Source of the DNA: Bacteroidota bacterium | GTDB lineage: Bacteria > Bacteroidota > Bacteroidia > Chitinophagales > Saprospiraceae | Direction of reading: 5' to 3' | Assembly: GCA_024276375.1 (NCBI GenBank) | Contig: JAJRXG010000290.1 | Coordinates: 1 to 47,567 of the forward strand | DNA: 47,567 nucleotides | In this document: piece after piece, positions 29,013-38,260 of the stretch | Numbering within the stretch: position 1 is the first letter of the stretch | Layout: each line of letters starts with the position of its first letter | The notes under the pieces: generated by a model | The model's database searches: none | What the model was told of the DNA's origin: nothing | What the model saw: the letters and a program-made list of their open reading frames with translations, nothing else | Made by a program: the position numbers and the translations under genes

Positions 29013-30061
29013 AAGCAATACAATTGGGACACCTTCAGATAGGCCACGATCTACCACCGATGATCATAGCCGAGATGTCAGGCAATCACAATGGAGATAT
29101 CGCTCGTGCATTGCAATTGGTTGAAGCTGCCGCCAAATGTGGTGCGCATGCATTAAAATTGCAGACCTACACGGCGGATACCCTCACGATAAATCACAGA
29201 GGCGGCCTCTTTGATATCACCGATCCATCATCACTGTGGTATGGAAAAAATCTGTATCAACTGTACCAAGAAGCACATACTCCTTGGGATTGGCACAAGG
29301 AGATATTTGATTACGCCAATGAACTCGGTATGCTAGCATTCTCCTCCCCATTTGATGAGACAGCTGTGGATTTTCTTGAAGATTTGAATGTACCGGCTTA
29401 CAAAATAGCTTCCTTTGAAAGCAATCATTTTCCCTTACTCAAGAAAGTTGCACAAACCGGAAAACCCATCCTTATATCCTCAGGAACCAGCAAGTTGAAT
29501 GAGCTGTATGAAGCTATCCACTACTTACGTACAAACGGAGCACAGGATATTGTGATATTTAAGTGCACATCGAGCTATCCAGCCAGTCCCGAAAATACAC
29601 ATATCAATACCATACCCGTATTGAAAAATATATTTCCAGACTGTATCATCGGGCTATCAGATCACACCATGGGCATAGGTGCTTCTGTTGCTGCGGTAGC
29701 AGTCGGCGCGCGCGTTATAGAAAAACATTTTACCTTGGATAGAGCCGATGGTGGAGTAGATAGCGCTTTCTCTCTCGAACCGTCTCAATTAGAACAATTG
29801 GTCATAGAAACCAAGCGAGCCTTCCTTGCCATGGGATCGGTACAATTGGACACACAGAAATCTGAAGAGAGCAGCATTCAATTCAAAAGATCTATTTACT
29901 GTATCCAAGATATCCAAAAAGGCCAACCATTGACGACCGATAATGTCCGCGTGATCAGGCCGGGAGATGGTATGGCGCCAAAACACTATGAGCACATCTT
30001 GGGTAATATTGCCAAAACCAATATCCGCAGAGGAACACCATTGGATCGGACATTGATATAA
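29009..30061 (+). CDS. pseI: pseudaminic acid synthase (NeuB family with C-terminal SAF domain)
   Basis: 350 aa with IAEMSGNHNGD, KLQTY, KIASFE and LSDHT motifs. Confidence 0.92.
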   Translation: MKAIQLGHLQIGHDLPPMIIAEMSGNHNGDIARALQLVEAAAKCGAHALKLQTYTADTLTINHRGGLFDITDPSSLWYGKNLYQLYQEAHTPWDWHKEIFDYANELGMLAFSSPFDETAVDFLEDLNVPAYKIASFESNHFPLLKKVAQTGKPILISSGTSKLNELYEAIHYLRTNGAQDIVIFKCTSSYPASPENTHINTIPVLKNIFPDCIIGLSDHTMGIGASVAAVAVGARVIEKHFTLDRADGGVDSAFSLEPSQLEQLVIETKRAFLAMGSVQLDTQKSEESSIQFKRSIYCIQDIQKGQPLTTDNVRVIRPGDGMAPKHYEHILGNIAKTNIRRGTPLDRTLI

Positions 30062-31420
30062 ATGAATCAGATCAAACCACCAGTGCAGGAAAACAGAATT
30101 GACATACTTAATTTAGAGTGGACTTCCTACCCCAGTAGAGACAGACAAGCAGCATCTTTAGTATGCAATTATCTGAGATACAAGGGGTACAATGTAGTAG
30201 AAGGCTCTATATTTAACGGTTTTGAACTTATTGACAAGCATGCCCCAAGGCTTTTGTTTATAACCAATACAACAGGAGCCAAAATCAACTATCAGACAAT
30301 GAAACACGCTATACAACGCAATATACTGGGCGTATCGTTGATATCTGAGGGAAATATAAAACCTTGGAACAAGAACATCATATCACAATTCTTTTGGGGA
30401 TGGAATAAAGAAAAAATACTGTATGAAAACCTTAACCTCCAATGGTCGAACAGGGCTAAAAAACTAATACACAGTATTCATCCTGAGTTAGACAATCGCA
30501 TTAAAGTGTCTGGAGGTGTAGGATTTGATTATTACAAAATCATACCACAAGGCAATAAGGGTGCCTTTCTACATAAATATGGCAAAAGTCAATATCAAAA
30601 AGTAATAGGAATCGGTTGTTTTGATTTTGGTCCAATGTATCCCAAAGACAGTAGGTATGCATTACAACAAAAATTGTTTACAAAGGAGCAAGTAGATAGA
30701 TTTAAAAGTGACCGTCAACAATTTAACAATGTTCTCATTGGACTCATCAAAAACAACCCTGAAATCTTATTCTTAATAAAAGAGCACCCGGGCAATCAGC
30801 TCGGACACTTCTCCTCTGCCATAGAAGGTGCAGATGCTTTTGACAATACACTCATCCTCAAAACGGAAGAAAGTATATTTGATTGCATTAACGTGTCAGA
30901 TTTTTGGATTATATACGAATCCACAACCGCGCTTGAAGCATGGTTAATGAACAAGCAGACCATGCTCCTCAATCCATCGGGTGTGGACTTTAAAAGAGAT
31001 GAACTATACAAGGGATCTCCCAATTTTACAGCTGAACAAGAAGTACAACAAGGCATTAATCAATTTTATACCGATCAAAACATAGTAGGATTTAAAGAAT
31101 TAACTGACGCACGAAATCAATTGATTGAAGATACGATCGGCTGGGACGATGGCCTCAACCACGTAAGAGCGGGAAATTATATTATTGACGTCCTCAACAA
31201 CAATCCAAGATTAGAATTAAAACATACCTTAGAAACGTATATCGAAAGAAAAGTTCAAAATGTATTGTGGGTATCAAGCAAACATCTAAAAAGGTTGCCG
31301 TATTTTAGATACTACAATCAGAAAAAAAATCAGCACTCACAACAAGAACTAGATAAATACAGCGATAGACTCTACAAATACCAAAACCTCTTTTATACGA
31401 AGGGTAAAATCAGACAATGA
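30062..31420 (+). CDS. GT-B-like surface-carbohydrate biosynthesis protein; candidate nonulosonic-acid (pseudaminyl) transferase
   Basis: 452-aa ORF starting one nt after the pseI stop. KEHPGN contains an HP motif (30785-30790), followed about 45 aa later by YESTTALEAW. The function is an inference only. Confidence 0.8.
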   Translation: MNQIKPPVQENRIDILNLEWTSYPSRDRQAASLVCNYLRYKGYNVVEGSIFNGFELIDKHAPRLLFITNTTGAKINYQTMKHAIQRNILGVSLISEGNIKPWNKNIISQFFWGWNKEKILYENLNLQWSNRAKKLIHSIHPELDNRIKVSGGVGFDYYKIIPQGNKGAFLHKYGKSQYQKVIGIGCFDFGPMYPKDSRYALQQKLFTKEQVDRFKSDRQQFNNVLIGLIKNNPEILFLIKEHPGNQLGHFSSAIEGADAFDNTLILKTEESIFDCINVSDFWIIYESTTALEAWLMNKQTMLLNPSGVDFKRDELYKGSPNFTAEQEVQQGINQFYTDQNIVGFKELTDARNQLIEDTIGWDDGLNHVRAGNYIIDVLNNNPRLELKHTLETYIERKVQNVLWVSSKHLKRLPYFRYYNQKKNQHSQQELDKYSDRLYKYQNLFYTKGKIRQ

Positions 31421-31459
31421 TTGTCTATCAAAAATAACAACATAATTACCAACGAGACG

Positions 31460-32230
31460 ATGAACACTATACATGGAAAGAAACTAAGTAAAAGTCAAAT
31501 AAATAATTTTTTAGACAAACACTTTGAATCTATAAAGAACAAAAAAACTGGGAGAGAAAAAATTACTTTATCTCTAACGCCAAACAATTCCAAAATACTA
31601 GATTTTGGTTGCGGATGGGGGTACTATGCCAACGCTCTTTCACTAAAAGGTAACATTATTGAAGCTATAGATTATGATAATGAAATATCAATAGCAAAGG
31701 AGTATTGGCCGGAAAACCCAAATATTACATTCTCTACATCAAAAATTCAAACATTCGAAAACGAATATTTTGATTGCGTTTTATCGTGTCAAGTTTTAGA
31801 ACATGTGCATAACCCAGGCACATTTCTTTCAGAAATAAATAGAGTTTTAAAAGATCAAGGTAGTTTTGTCGTATCCGTACCCAATATTATAAATCCAAGG
31901 TATATCTTTCCCCATTTCAATTGGAAATACGAATCCAAATTAAAGGCTGTAAGTAAAAACATGTTGGACAACTATGACAAAACAAATCACCATATAAATT
32001 CTTGGGATCCAAGGCATTTTGTAAACTTACTAGCGTCAACAGGATTCATATTAGATGCATATAGAACTTCAGAAGGTATTCCACTTCCACAAGTATTCCC
32101 TTTTAATAAATTTGGAAATGGATATATTACAAATTTTATCAGCCGTTTAGGATTTATAAATAACTTCTCTTATACAATGCACTTTAGATTCATAAAATCT
32201 AAAAAAGTACTAATAAACAAAAACGACTAA
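31460..32230 (+). CDS. class I SAM-dependent methyltransferase
   Basis: Motif I ILDFGCGWGYY, with a downstream acidic loop and CVLSCQVLEHV. The start is placed at the first ATG, because the track start at 31421 is TTG. Confidence 0.85.
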   Translation: MNTIHGKKLSKSQINNFLDKHFESIKNKKTGREKITLSLTPNNSKILDFGCGWGYYANALSLKGNIIEAIDYDNEISIAKEYWPENPNITFSTSKIQTFENEYFDCVLSCQVLEHVHNPGTFLSEINRVLKDQGSFVVSVPNIINPRYIFPHFNWKYESKLKAVSKNMLDNYDKTNHHINSWDPRHFVNLLASTGFILDAYRTSEGIPLPQVFPFNKFGNGYITNFISRLGFINNFSYTMHFRFIKSKKVLINKND

Positions 32231-32232
32231 CG

Positions 32233-34074
32233 ATGTGCGGTATAACAGGATTTTTTTCAACTTCAAATTTAGTGAATACCTCCAACTACTACGATGCACA
32301 TCTATTAACAAAACACAGGGGTCCGGACGATGAGGGTTTTGTTGCAATCAATAACAACATTTTACAAATTTTTAAAGGAGATGACACAATATCCGATTTT
32401 TGGAAACTTGATCACATAAAAAATGTAGCCAAGTCTAACCTAATTCTAGGGCATAGGAGATTATCTATCATAGATACAAGCTCAGCAGGACACCAGCCGT
32501 TTATATTTCGTAATCTCAGCTTAATATATAATGGTGAAATATACAATTTTAATTCAATAAAGAAATTACTAATTGAAAAAGGGTATCAATTCACCACAAA
32601 AACCGATACCGAAGTAATAATTAAGGGTTACCATTGTTGGGGTAAAGAGTTGCTAAATAAGTTAAATGGAATGTGGGCTTTTGCTATTTACGATAGCGAT
32701 AAGCAAACAATGACATTGGCAAGAGATAGATTTGGAATAAAACCACTTTACTACTCAATTAATAGTAACTCCATCTATTTCGCAAGTGAGATGAAATTTA
32801 TTCTAAATTTCAAGGATATAAAATATACAATTAATAAAAAATCAGTCAATAAATATCTTCATAATGCTACAATAAATGATTCAGAACAAACAATATGGAA
32901 TGAAATACTTGAACTCGAACCAGGATCTTGTCTTACATTTAGTTCTTCAGGCACTCAGTATTCAGAATATTGGTCGATGACAGATAAAGTAGCTTCCGAA
33001 AAGATATCAGAAGAAGATGCTTTGGAAGAATTTGAGTATTTATTTGAAGATTCATTAAGACTTAGACTTATAAGTGATGTTGAAGTAGGAAGCCTACTCA
33101 GTGGCGGTTTAGATTCTACTACCATTGTTTCTACATTGTTCAATAAGAATATGGTATCAAAAGATGTATTTAATACATACTCAGCAATATTTGATGAAGA
33201 AGAATATAGCGAAGAAAAGTACATCAGAGAAACAATTAACAAATACGATATTAATAGTTCATTTACTTATCCTGATGTAAACTTTGTTAAAAACTACATA
33301 AACAAAATACAATATCATATTGAAGACCCATTTCGGTCCTTATCCGTTTTTTCACAGTTTAGTATATATGAAAATATTTCAAATAATTATAAAACGAAGG
33401 TTCTCTTAAATGGACAAGGTAGTGATGAATTGTTCTCTGGGTACTCATATCATTACTATCCATTTTTTATTGAACTATTAAAGCAGCTTAAACTTAACAG
33501 TTTAGTAAAAGAAGTTAAACTTTGGAAACAATACCGCAAAGCAAGTATTACACAAGTCTCCCGACAAATAATTTACTACTTGATAAAATATCCATTTAGT
33601 TTAAATTTGCTTCGTGATTTGTCAATAAACGAAGTCTCCAAGACACCACTTCGAGAATACTTAAAATATGATGATCGCACATCAATGGCTTTTGGCCTTG
33701 AATCAAGGGTTCCGTTTCTAGACCATAGGTTAGTTGAGCTTTCTATAAAGTTAAAATCACATAGCAGAATAAAAGATTTTACTAACAAAAAAATAGTGAG
33801 AGACTACGCTCAAGACAAGATACCAAAATCCATTTTAGAAAGAAAAGATAAACAAGGGTTTGTTTCTCCCCAAGAACTTTGGCAACGTAAAGAAATGAAA
33901 TCAGACATGGATAAAGTATTTTCAGAAATTAGTAAAAACGATTTATTGGGCTATATTCCAGGCAAGACGTTTTTTGACACCTATTCTGAATACCAAAACC
34001 ATAAACATAATAATCGGGCTTTAGTATGGAGAATATACAATTTAAATCTATGGTACAAACAATGGTGCCAATAA
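32233..34074 (+). CDS. asparagine synthase (glutamine-hydrolysing)-like amidotransferase
   Basis: 613 aa with the N-terminal nucleophile MCGITG and the PP-loop SLLSGGLDST. Confidence 0.92.
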   Translation: MCGITGFFSTSNLVNTSNYYDAHLLTKHRGPDDEGFVAINNNILQIFKGDDTISDFWKLDHIKNVAKSNLILGHRRLSIIDTSSAGHQPFIFRNLSLIYNGEIYNFNSIKKLLIEKGYQFTTKTDTEVIIKGYHCWGKELLNKLNGMWAFAIYDSDKQTMTLARDRFGIKPLYYSINSNSIYFASEMKFILNFKDIKYTINKKSVNKYLHNATINDSEQTIWNEILELEPGSCLTFSSSGTQYSEYWSMTDKVASEKISEEDALEEFEYLFEDSLRLRLISDVEVGSLLSGGLDSTTIVSTLFNKNMVSKDVFNTYSAIFDEEEYSEEKYIRETINKYDINSSFTYPDVNFVKNYINKIQYHIEDPFRSLSVFSQFSIYENISNNYKTKVLLNGQGSDELFSGYSYHYYPFFIELLKQLKLNSLVKEVKLWKQYRKASITQVSRQIIYYLIKYPFSLNLLRDLSINEVSKTPLREYLKYDDRTSMAFGLESRVPFLDHRLVELSIKLKSHSRIKDFTNKKIVRDYAQDKIPKSILERKDKQGFVSPQELWQRKEMKSDMDKVFSEISKNDLLGYIPGKTFFDTYSEYQNHKHNNRALVWRIYNLNLWYKQWCQ

Positions 34075-34086
34075 ACTAAAGCGATT

Positions 34087-35277
34087 ATGAGAACTATTTA
34101 TTACATTACTAGATCCTATCCAGCACTACGAGAGCATGCCGGGGGTTCATCATTACTGCGAAAAGCCGCAGTAGAACAACTGCGAAAACATGGATTCAAG
34201 GTGATTGTAATTGCACCTAACTACGGCTCTACTAATATAACTAAATATGATAACGACGGTGTAGTACTCATCCCATACAACAAAAATGAAAAAGTAAGCA
34301 GAATAAAGCAAAGAATTGGACTCTTAGAAGATTACCTTGATGAATGGGTCTCTAACGTCCTACAATACTTTTCCAATACAATTCGGCCCAATGATATTAT
34401 TTTCAGCACGACAGGAGGTGAACTTGCCACAATCAAAATAGGCTCAATCTTAAAGCGCAACTATGGGTGCCACAGCATTATTAACTTTAGAGATCCTATT
34501 AACTACGCCACATATAATGGCCTTAGAAGAGACAACCTTTGGCACTTAAACAGAGATAAACTAGAGAAAAAATATTTAAGCAATGCATCATTAATACTGA
34601 CTTCGTGTAAAACATTTAAAGAAGTACTATCCTATAAGTATCCCGACCTATCACGTTTGATATTTAATAATTATTTTGGATACGCTGGAGAAACAAAATC
34701 CAAAGTACTCCATTCCAACCTTTCTTCCAAATTGAGAATTGTTTATGGTGGAAATTTTAGCTCGACTCAAGCTCCAGAAAACATATGCCGCGCCATTAGT
34801 ACTCATCCACAAAAAAACAAGATTGATTTAACATTAATTGGAAATTACAAGAATTATAAGCCTATCAATAAATACATTGATCAGTTCACATTTATTGACA
34901 AGTTGTCAAGGCAAGAATACTCCAATTTTATTATAGAAAATGCCGATGTAGGCTTCGTACCACTAAATAGTGCGTATTACCAGTTTTGTTTTCCTTCCAA
35001 AATATTTGAATACCTTAACCATGGATTAACCATTCTAGGCGCACTTCCCAAAGGGGATGCACTTGATTTTATTAATCATAATAAATACGGTATAGCAGTA
35101 AATTTCCAAAACCATGTACACCTTTCTGATGCTATAACATCTCTTTTAAATAAGTCTACATTGTCTGCATTTCAAACAAAAATAATCAATGAAAATCGTC
35201 AATGGTCTATGAATGAACTTATCGTACCAGTCATAGAAAAAATTAAAGCACTTGAAAATATCAATTCAATATCCTGA
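34087..35277 (+). CDS. GT-B glycosyltransferase (GT4-like)
   Basis: 396 aa. The C-terminal FPSKIFEYLNHGLTILG block resembles the E-x7-E region of GT4/GT1 enzymes. Confidence 0.75.
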   Translation: MRTIYYITRSYPALREHAGGSSLLRKAAVEQLRKHGFKVIVIAPNYGSTNITKYDNDGVVLIPYNKNEKVSRIKQRIGLLEDYLDEWVSNVLQYFSNTIRPNDIIFSTTGGELATIKIGSILKRNYGCHSIINFRDPINYATYNGLRRDNLWHLNRDKLEKKYLSNASLILTSCKTFKEVLSYKYPDLSRLIFNNYFGYAGETKSKVLHSNLSSKLRIVYGGNFSSTQAPENICRAISTHPQKNKIDLTLIGNYKNYKPINKYIDQFTFIDKLSRQEYSNFIIENADVGFVPLNSAYYQFCFPSKIFEYLNHGLTILGALPKGDALDFINHNKYGIAVNFQNHVHLSDAITSLLNKSTLSAFQTKIINENRQWSMNELIVPVIEKIKALENINSIS

Positions 35278-35280
35278 ATT

Positions 35281-36216
35281 TTAAGGATCCATTGTCATAT
35301 CTAATGAATACCAACTAGTACCATTGTAAATATGGATCTTACCATCTGTACCAAAATAAATATCTCCTTTCTCAGCATTGGTCGGTGCACTAGTACGTGG
35401 CTCAAGGCGCATAACATCTACTATATGAACTTTGCGGTCTGGATAAACTGTACCCATTCCTATATTTCCAGATTCATCAATTATCAATGAACGAATTAGA
35501 TTGGTGTCAGATGTATCATCAGCAATAAAAAAATTCAATCTATTTTGATAATTGGCAATGGAAAACCATTTAGATCCAGAATCCCGATAAAAATACTCTC
35601 TATATTGATTGATGATAGCACCATCTATATTGAGGGTTAATTGAGTAGGAATAAAGAAATCTCCATCTGAACCCACCCCAATGTTTCCAGATTGGAACAC
35701 CTTGAAAGATCCCGTATTATGGGCTATATGCAATAACTCACTTGGGTCACTTGTACCAATCCCAACATTGCCATTATTATAAAAAATATCGTTGCCCGAT
35801 GTACTCCACAATGAGGAAGAAGAACCGGTATTTACTGGAATCCCATTTCTAAACAAAGTTCCACTAAAATTAATATCTCCACCAATATCTAATCTATAAT
35901 TCGGATTAATTGTGCCAATACCTAAATTTCCATCAGAAGTTAATACCACGGCTCTATTTACGTTGAGGTCTGCCTCATCATCCGCGATGAAAAAATTAAG
36001 CTTGTTTTGATAATTCCCAATGGAAAACCACTTAGAGATAGGATCTCTATAAAAATATTCTCTGTATTGGTTGATGATAGCACCATCCATATTGAACGTT
36101 GTTTGCGTTGGGATCTCAGGGACATCCAAATTTTTGTTGTTCCCTTTAGTTTCATTCTGTCCATTAATGATTCCTGAACAAACCAATAAAAACATCAAGA
36201 TCACATACTTATACAT
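35281..36216 (-). CDS. secreted tail-fibre-like repeat protein
   Basis: 311 aa with a signal peptide. It has GN(V/L/I)G(I/M)GT repeats and the C-terminal GDIYFGTDGKIHIYNGTSWYSL motif common in fibre-like surface proteins. It contains an internal 68-aa duplication. Confidence 0.8.
   Translation of the reverse strand: MYKYVILMFLLVCSGIINGQNETKGNNKNLDVPEIPTQTTFNMDGAIINQYREYFYRDPISKWFSIGNYQNKLNFFIADDEADLNVNRAVVLTSDGNLGIGTINPNYRLDIGGDINFSGTLFRNGIPVNTGSSSSLWSTSGNDIFYNNGNVGIGTSDPSELLHIAHNTGSFKVFQSGNIGVGSDGDFFIPTQLTLNIDGAIINQYREYFYRDSGSKWFSIANYQNRLNFFIADDTSDTNLIRSLIIDESGNIGMGTVYPDRKVHIVDVMRLEPRTSAPTNAEKGDIYFGTDGKIHIYNGTSWYSLDMTMDP
35449..35652 (-). repeat. internal duplication, copy 2 (aa 189-256)
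   Basis: IPTQLTLNIDGAIINQYREYFYRDSGSKWFSIANYQNRLNFFIADD... is colinear with copy 1. Confidence 0.85.
35911..36114 (-). repeat. internal duplication, copy 1 (aa 35-102)
   Basis: IPTQTTFNMDGAIINQYREYFYRDPISKWFSIGNYQNKLNFFIADD... lies 462 nt from copy 2. Confidence 0.85.
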
Positions 36217-36483
36217 AACTATATACTTTATTCCAACAATTGAAATTGTTATAAATCAACCCAAACAAACATAGTACATTTCTTATAAAAAAGCAAATTT
36301 ACTATACTCTCACATAATCCAACCCTATTAACTTCTCCCTCCTCTTTTGATCTATAGGCGGGCAATGTGCTCCTTATCCTCACTTGAGGCAGGTCGATCC
36401 TTCGAATTTTGGCTTTCGAACAGTATAAATTCTATACGAGTTAACCCCAGTACCAATATATGATTGTAGGCTATCTTTAGACC

Positions 36484-37212
36484 ATGAAACATCGCATCAC
36501 TTCCCTATTAACCTAATGTCTTTCTTTACCTATTTTTGTCTCCGGACAGATACAATTGCTCAACGATGAATTTGACGACAGTCGATCTCTCGTCAATTGG
36601 AAAAATATCAATATTGTAGAGCAATGGGGCTTCCAACAACTCGAGTCCTATACGATCCATTCTGCCATACCCGGCAAGTTGGAGATGATACCCCGAACGG
36701 CTTCTTGGTTTGGGGGATGGAGAGGGCCCCTGCTTTACAAAGAGGTGGTGGGTGATTTTGTATTCACAACAAAGGTCAATATACTTGGAAGAGACAACAC
36801 TATACCCATTGATGATTATAATCTAGCTGGTGTCATGCTGCGCCACGTCCGTACATACCCAAATGGAGCGCTTGATCCTATGACAGGGTGGCAACCAAGT
36901 GATAACAATTATCTCTTTCTATCAATCGGTGCTGCCAAAAACAATAGCAGTTTGTGTTCCCCCGATTCTGGGTCTTGCACGGCACCGCATTTTGAAGTAA
37001 AATCCACCATCAATGGAAACTCTGTACTGGCTATCCAAGATATTGACACGACGAGTACCATGATCCGTATTGCTCGTATAGATAGTGTATTTCTGGTACT
37101 TTATAGACTCGAATCCGATCTAACATGGGTGGTACATCGCCGATACAATCGTCCGGATTTTCCGGATTCGATACAAGTGGGATTTGTCACATCCAAGCGA
37201 TCTGAGTTGTAG
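36484..37212 (+). pseudogene. LamG/concanavalin-like beta-sandwich protein with an in-frame TAA in its signal peptide
   Basis: The ATG at 36484 is in frame with track ORF 36556-37212. It reads MKHRITSLLT*CLSLPIFVSGQIQLLNDEF, an otherwise normal signal peptide broken at 36514-36516. The 3' end overlaps the convergent gene by 112 nt. Confidence 0.55.
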
Positions 37213-38072
37213 GGGCGTCGGCTAGGCGTGTTGTTGCTATATGGAGGCGTCCATGTATTGCCCTGCATTGATACTGGATCGGGATAGATCTCCCTAAATG
37301 CATCTACCATACCCGACTTACTTAGGGTTTTGGAGCCTCTCCACTCAATGTCAAATCGCAAGGGTGTATCCGAGTGGTTATTAACCCATCTATCTGCTCC
37401 ATATAATGCATATTCAACAGTCCAGTCTAAATGCGAGGGTTCATTAAAATCTCCCAATAAAATAATAGGCCGACCACTGGATAAATGAGATCGTAATCGC
37501 TGACAGGTATGATCATACACTTCCTGAATACTTATACGATCCAATAACATCTCCTCAAGTTGGTCAAGATCATCGGGTAGTGCTTGTCTTGATATAAGAT
37601 CACTGATCACCATAGGGCCATATCCGTGGACAGGTCGCCAATGAGCAACAAGAACATACACCCACATATTACGATTGACATTTATCCTATAAGCTTGCAT
37701 ATTGAGAACAGTCTCTTCTGAAGTGTAGGGATCTAACTCGATAGGATACTTAGCATACAGTTTTCCATTCTTTCTCCACCTAGGATTGTTGCCTTGTAGT
37801 AGTTCCAATATAGGATCGGGAACAGCAGTATTGGGTTCGAGAATGCCGACAATATCCGCATCACTTTCTATGATAACCTTGGCTATGTCTTGATATCGTT
37901 CCTTTCTATAAAGCGGTGATGACGCTCCTATCTCATCTACTGGTACTCCTCCCCGTAATATGTTGAAGGTCATCACTTTTACTGCAACGGTATGTACGCT
38001 ACCAATAGTCTCGTAGATACTTATACATGCAATCAATAGGATAAGTATGACAGCAGTACTTATATATTTCAT
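37101..38072 (-). CDS. endonuclease/exonuclease/phosphatase (EEP) family protein, secreted or anchored
   Basis: 323 aa with an N-terminal hydrophobic anchor, VMTFNILRGG and LLGDFNEPSHLDW motifs. The last ~37 codons overlap the LamG-like reading frame, and the usual terminal SDH motif reads SDS. Confidence 0.8.
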   Translation of the reverse strand: MKYISTAVILILLIACISIYETIGSVHTVAVKVMTFNILRGGVPVDEIGASSPLYRKERYQDIAKVIIESDADIVGILEPNTAVPDPILELLQGNNPRWRKNGKLYAKYPIELDPYTSEETVLNMQAYRINVNRNMWVYVLVAHWRPVHGYGPMVISDLISRQALPDDLDQLEEMLLDRISIQEVYDHTCQRLRSHLSSGRPIILLGDFNEPSHLDWTVEYALYGADRWVNNHSDTPLRFDIEWRGSKTLSKSGMVDAFREIYPDPVSMQGNTWTPPYSNNTPSRRPYNSDRLDVTNPTCIESGKSGRLYRRCTTHVRSDSSL

Positions 38073-38260
38073 CTTTTACATCATCTAATCAGTCATCTGC
38101 AACTTGCTTAATTGCCTACAAATCTAACCAAGCAGACTAGGTAACGATCGTGTGTTAAACAAATTGCACCTTTTATATCTTACAAAAGAGTACAAACAAG
38201 ACTACTAATCCGATAGTTCTTAGACACATATGAGGAGATTGATTGCCAATGTATGGCCGA

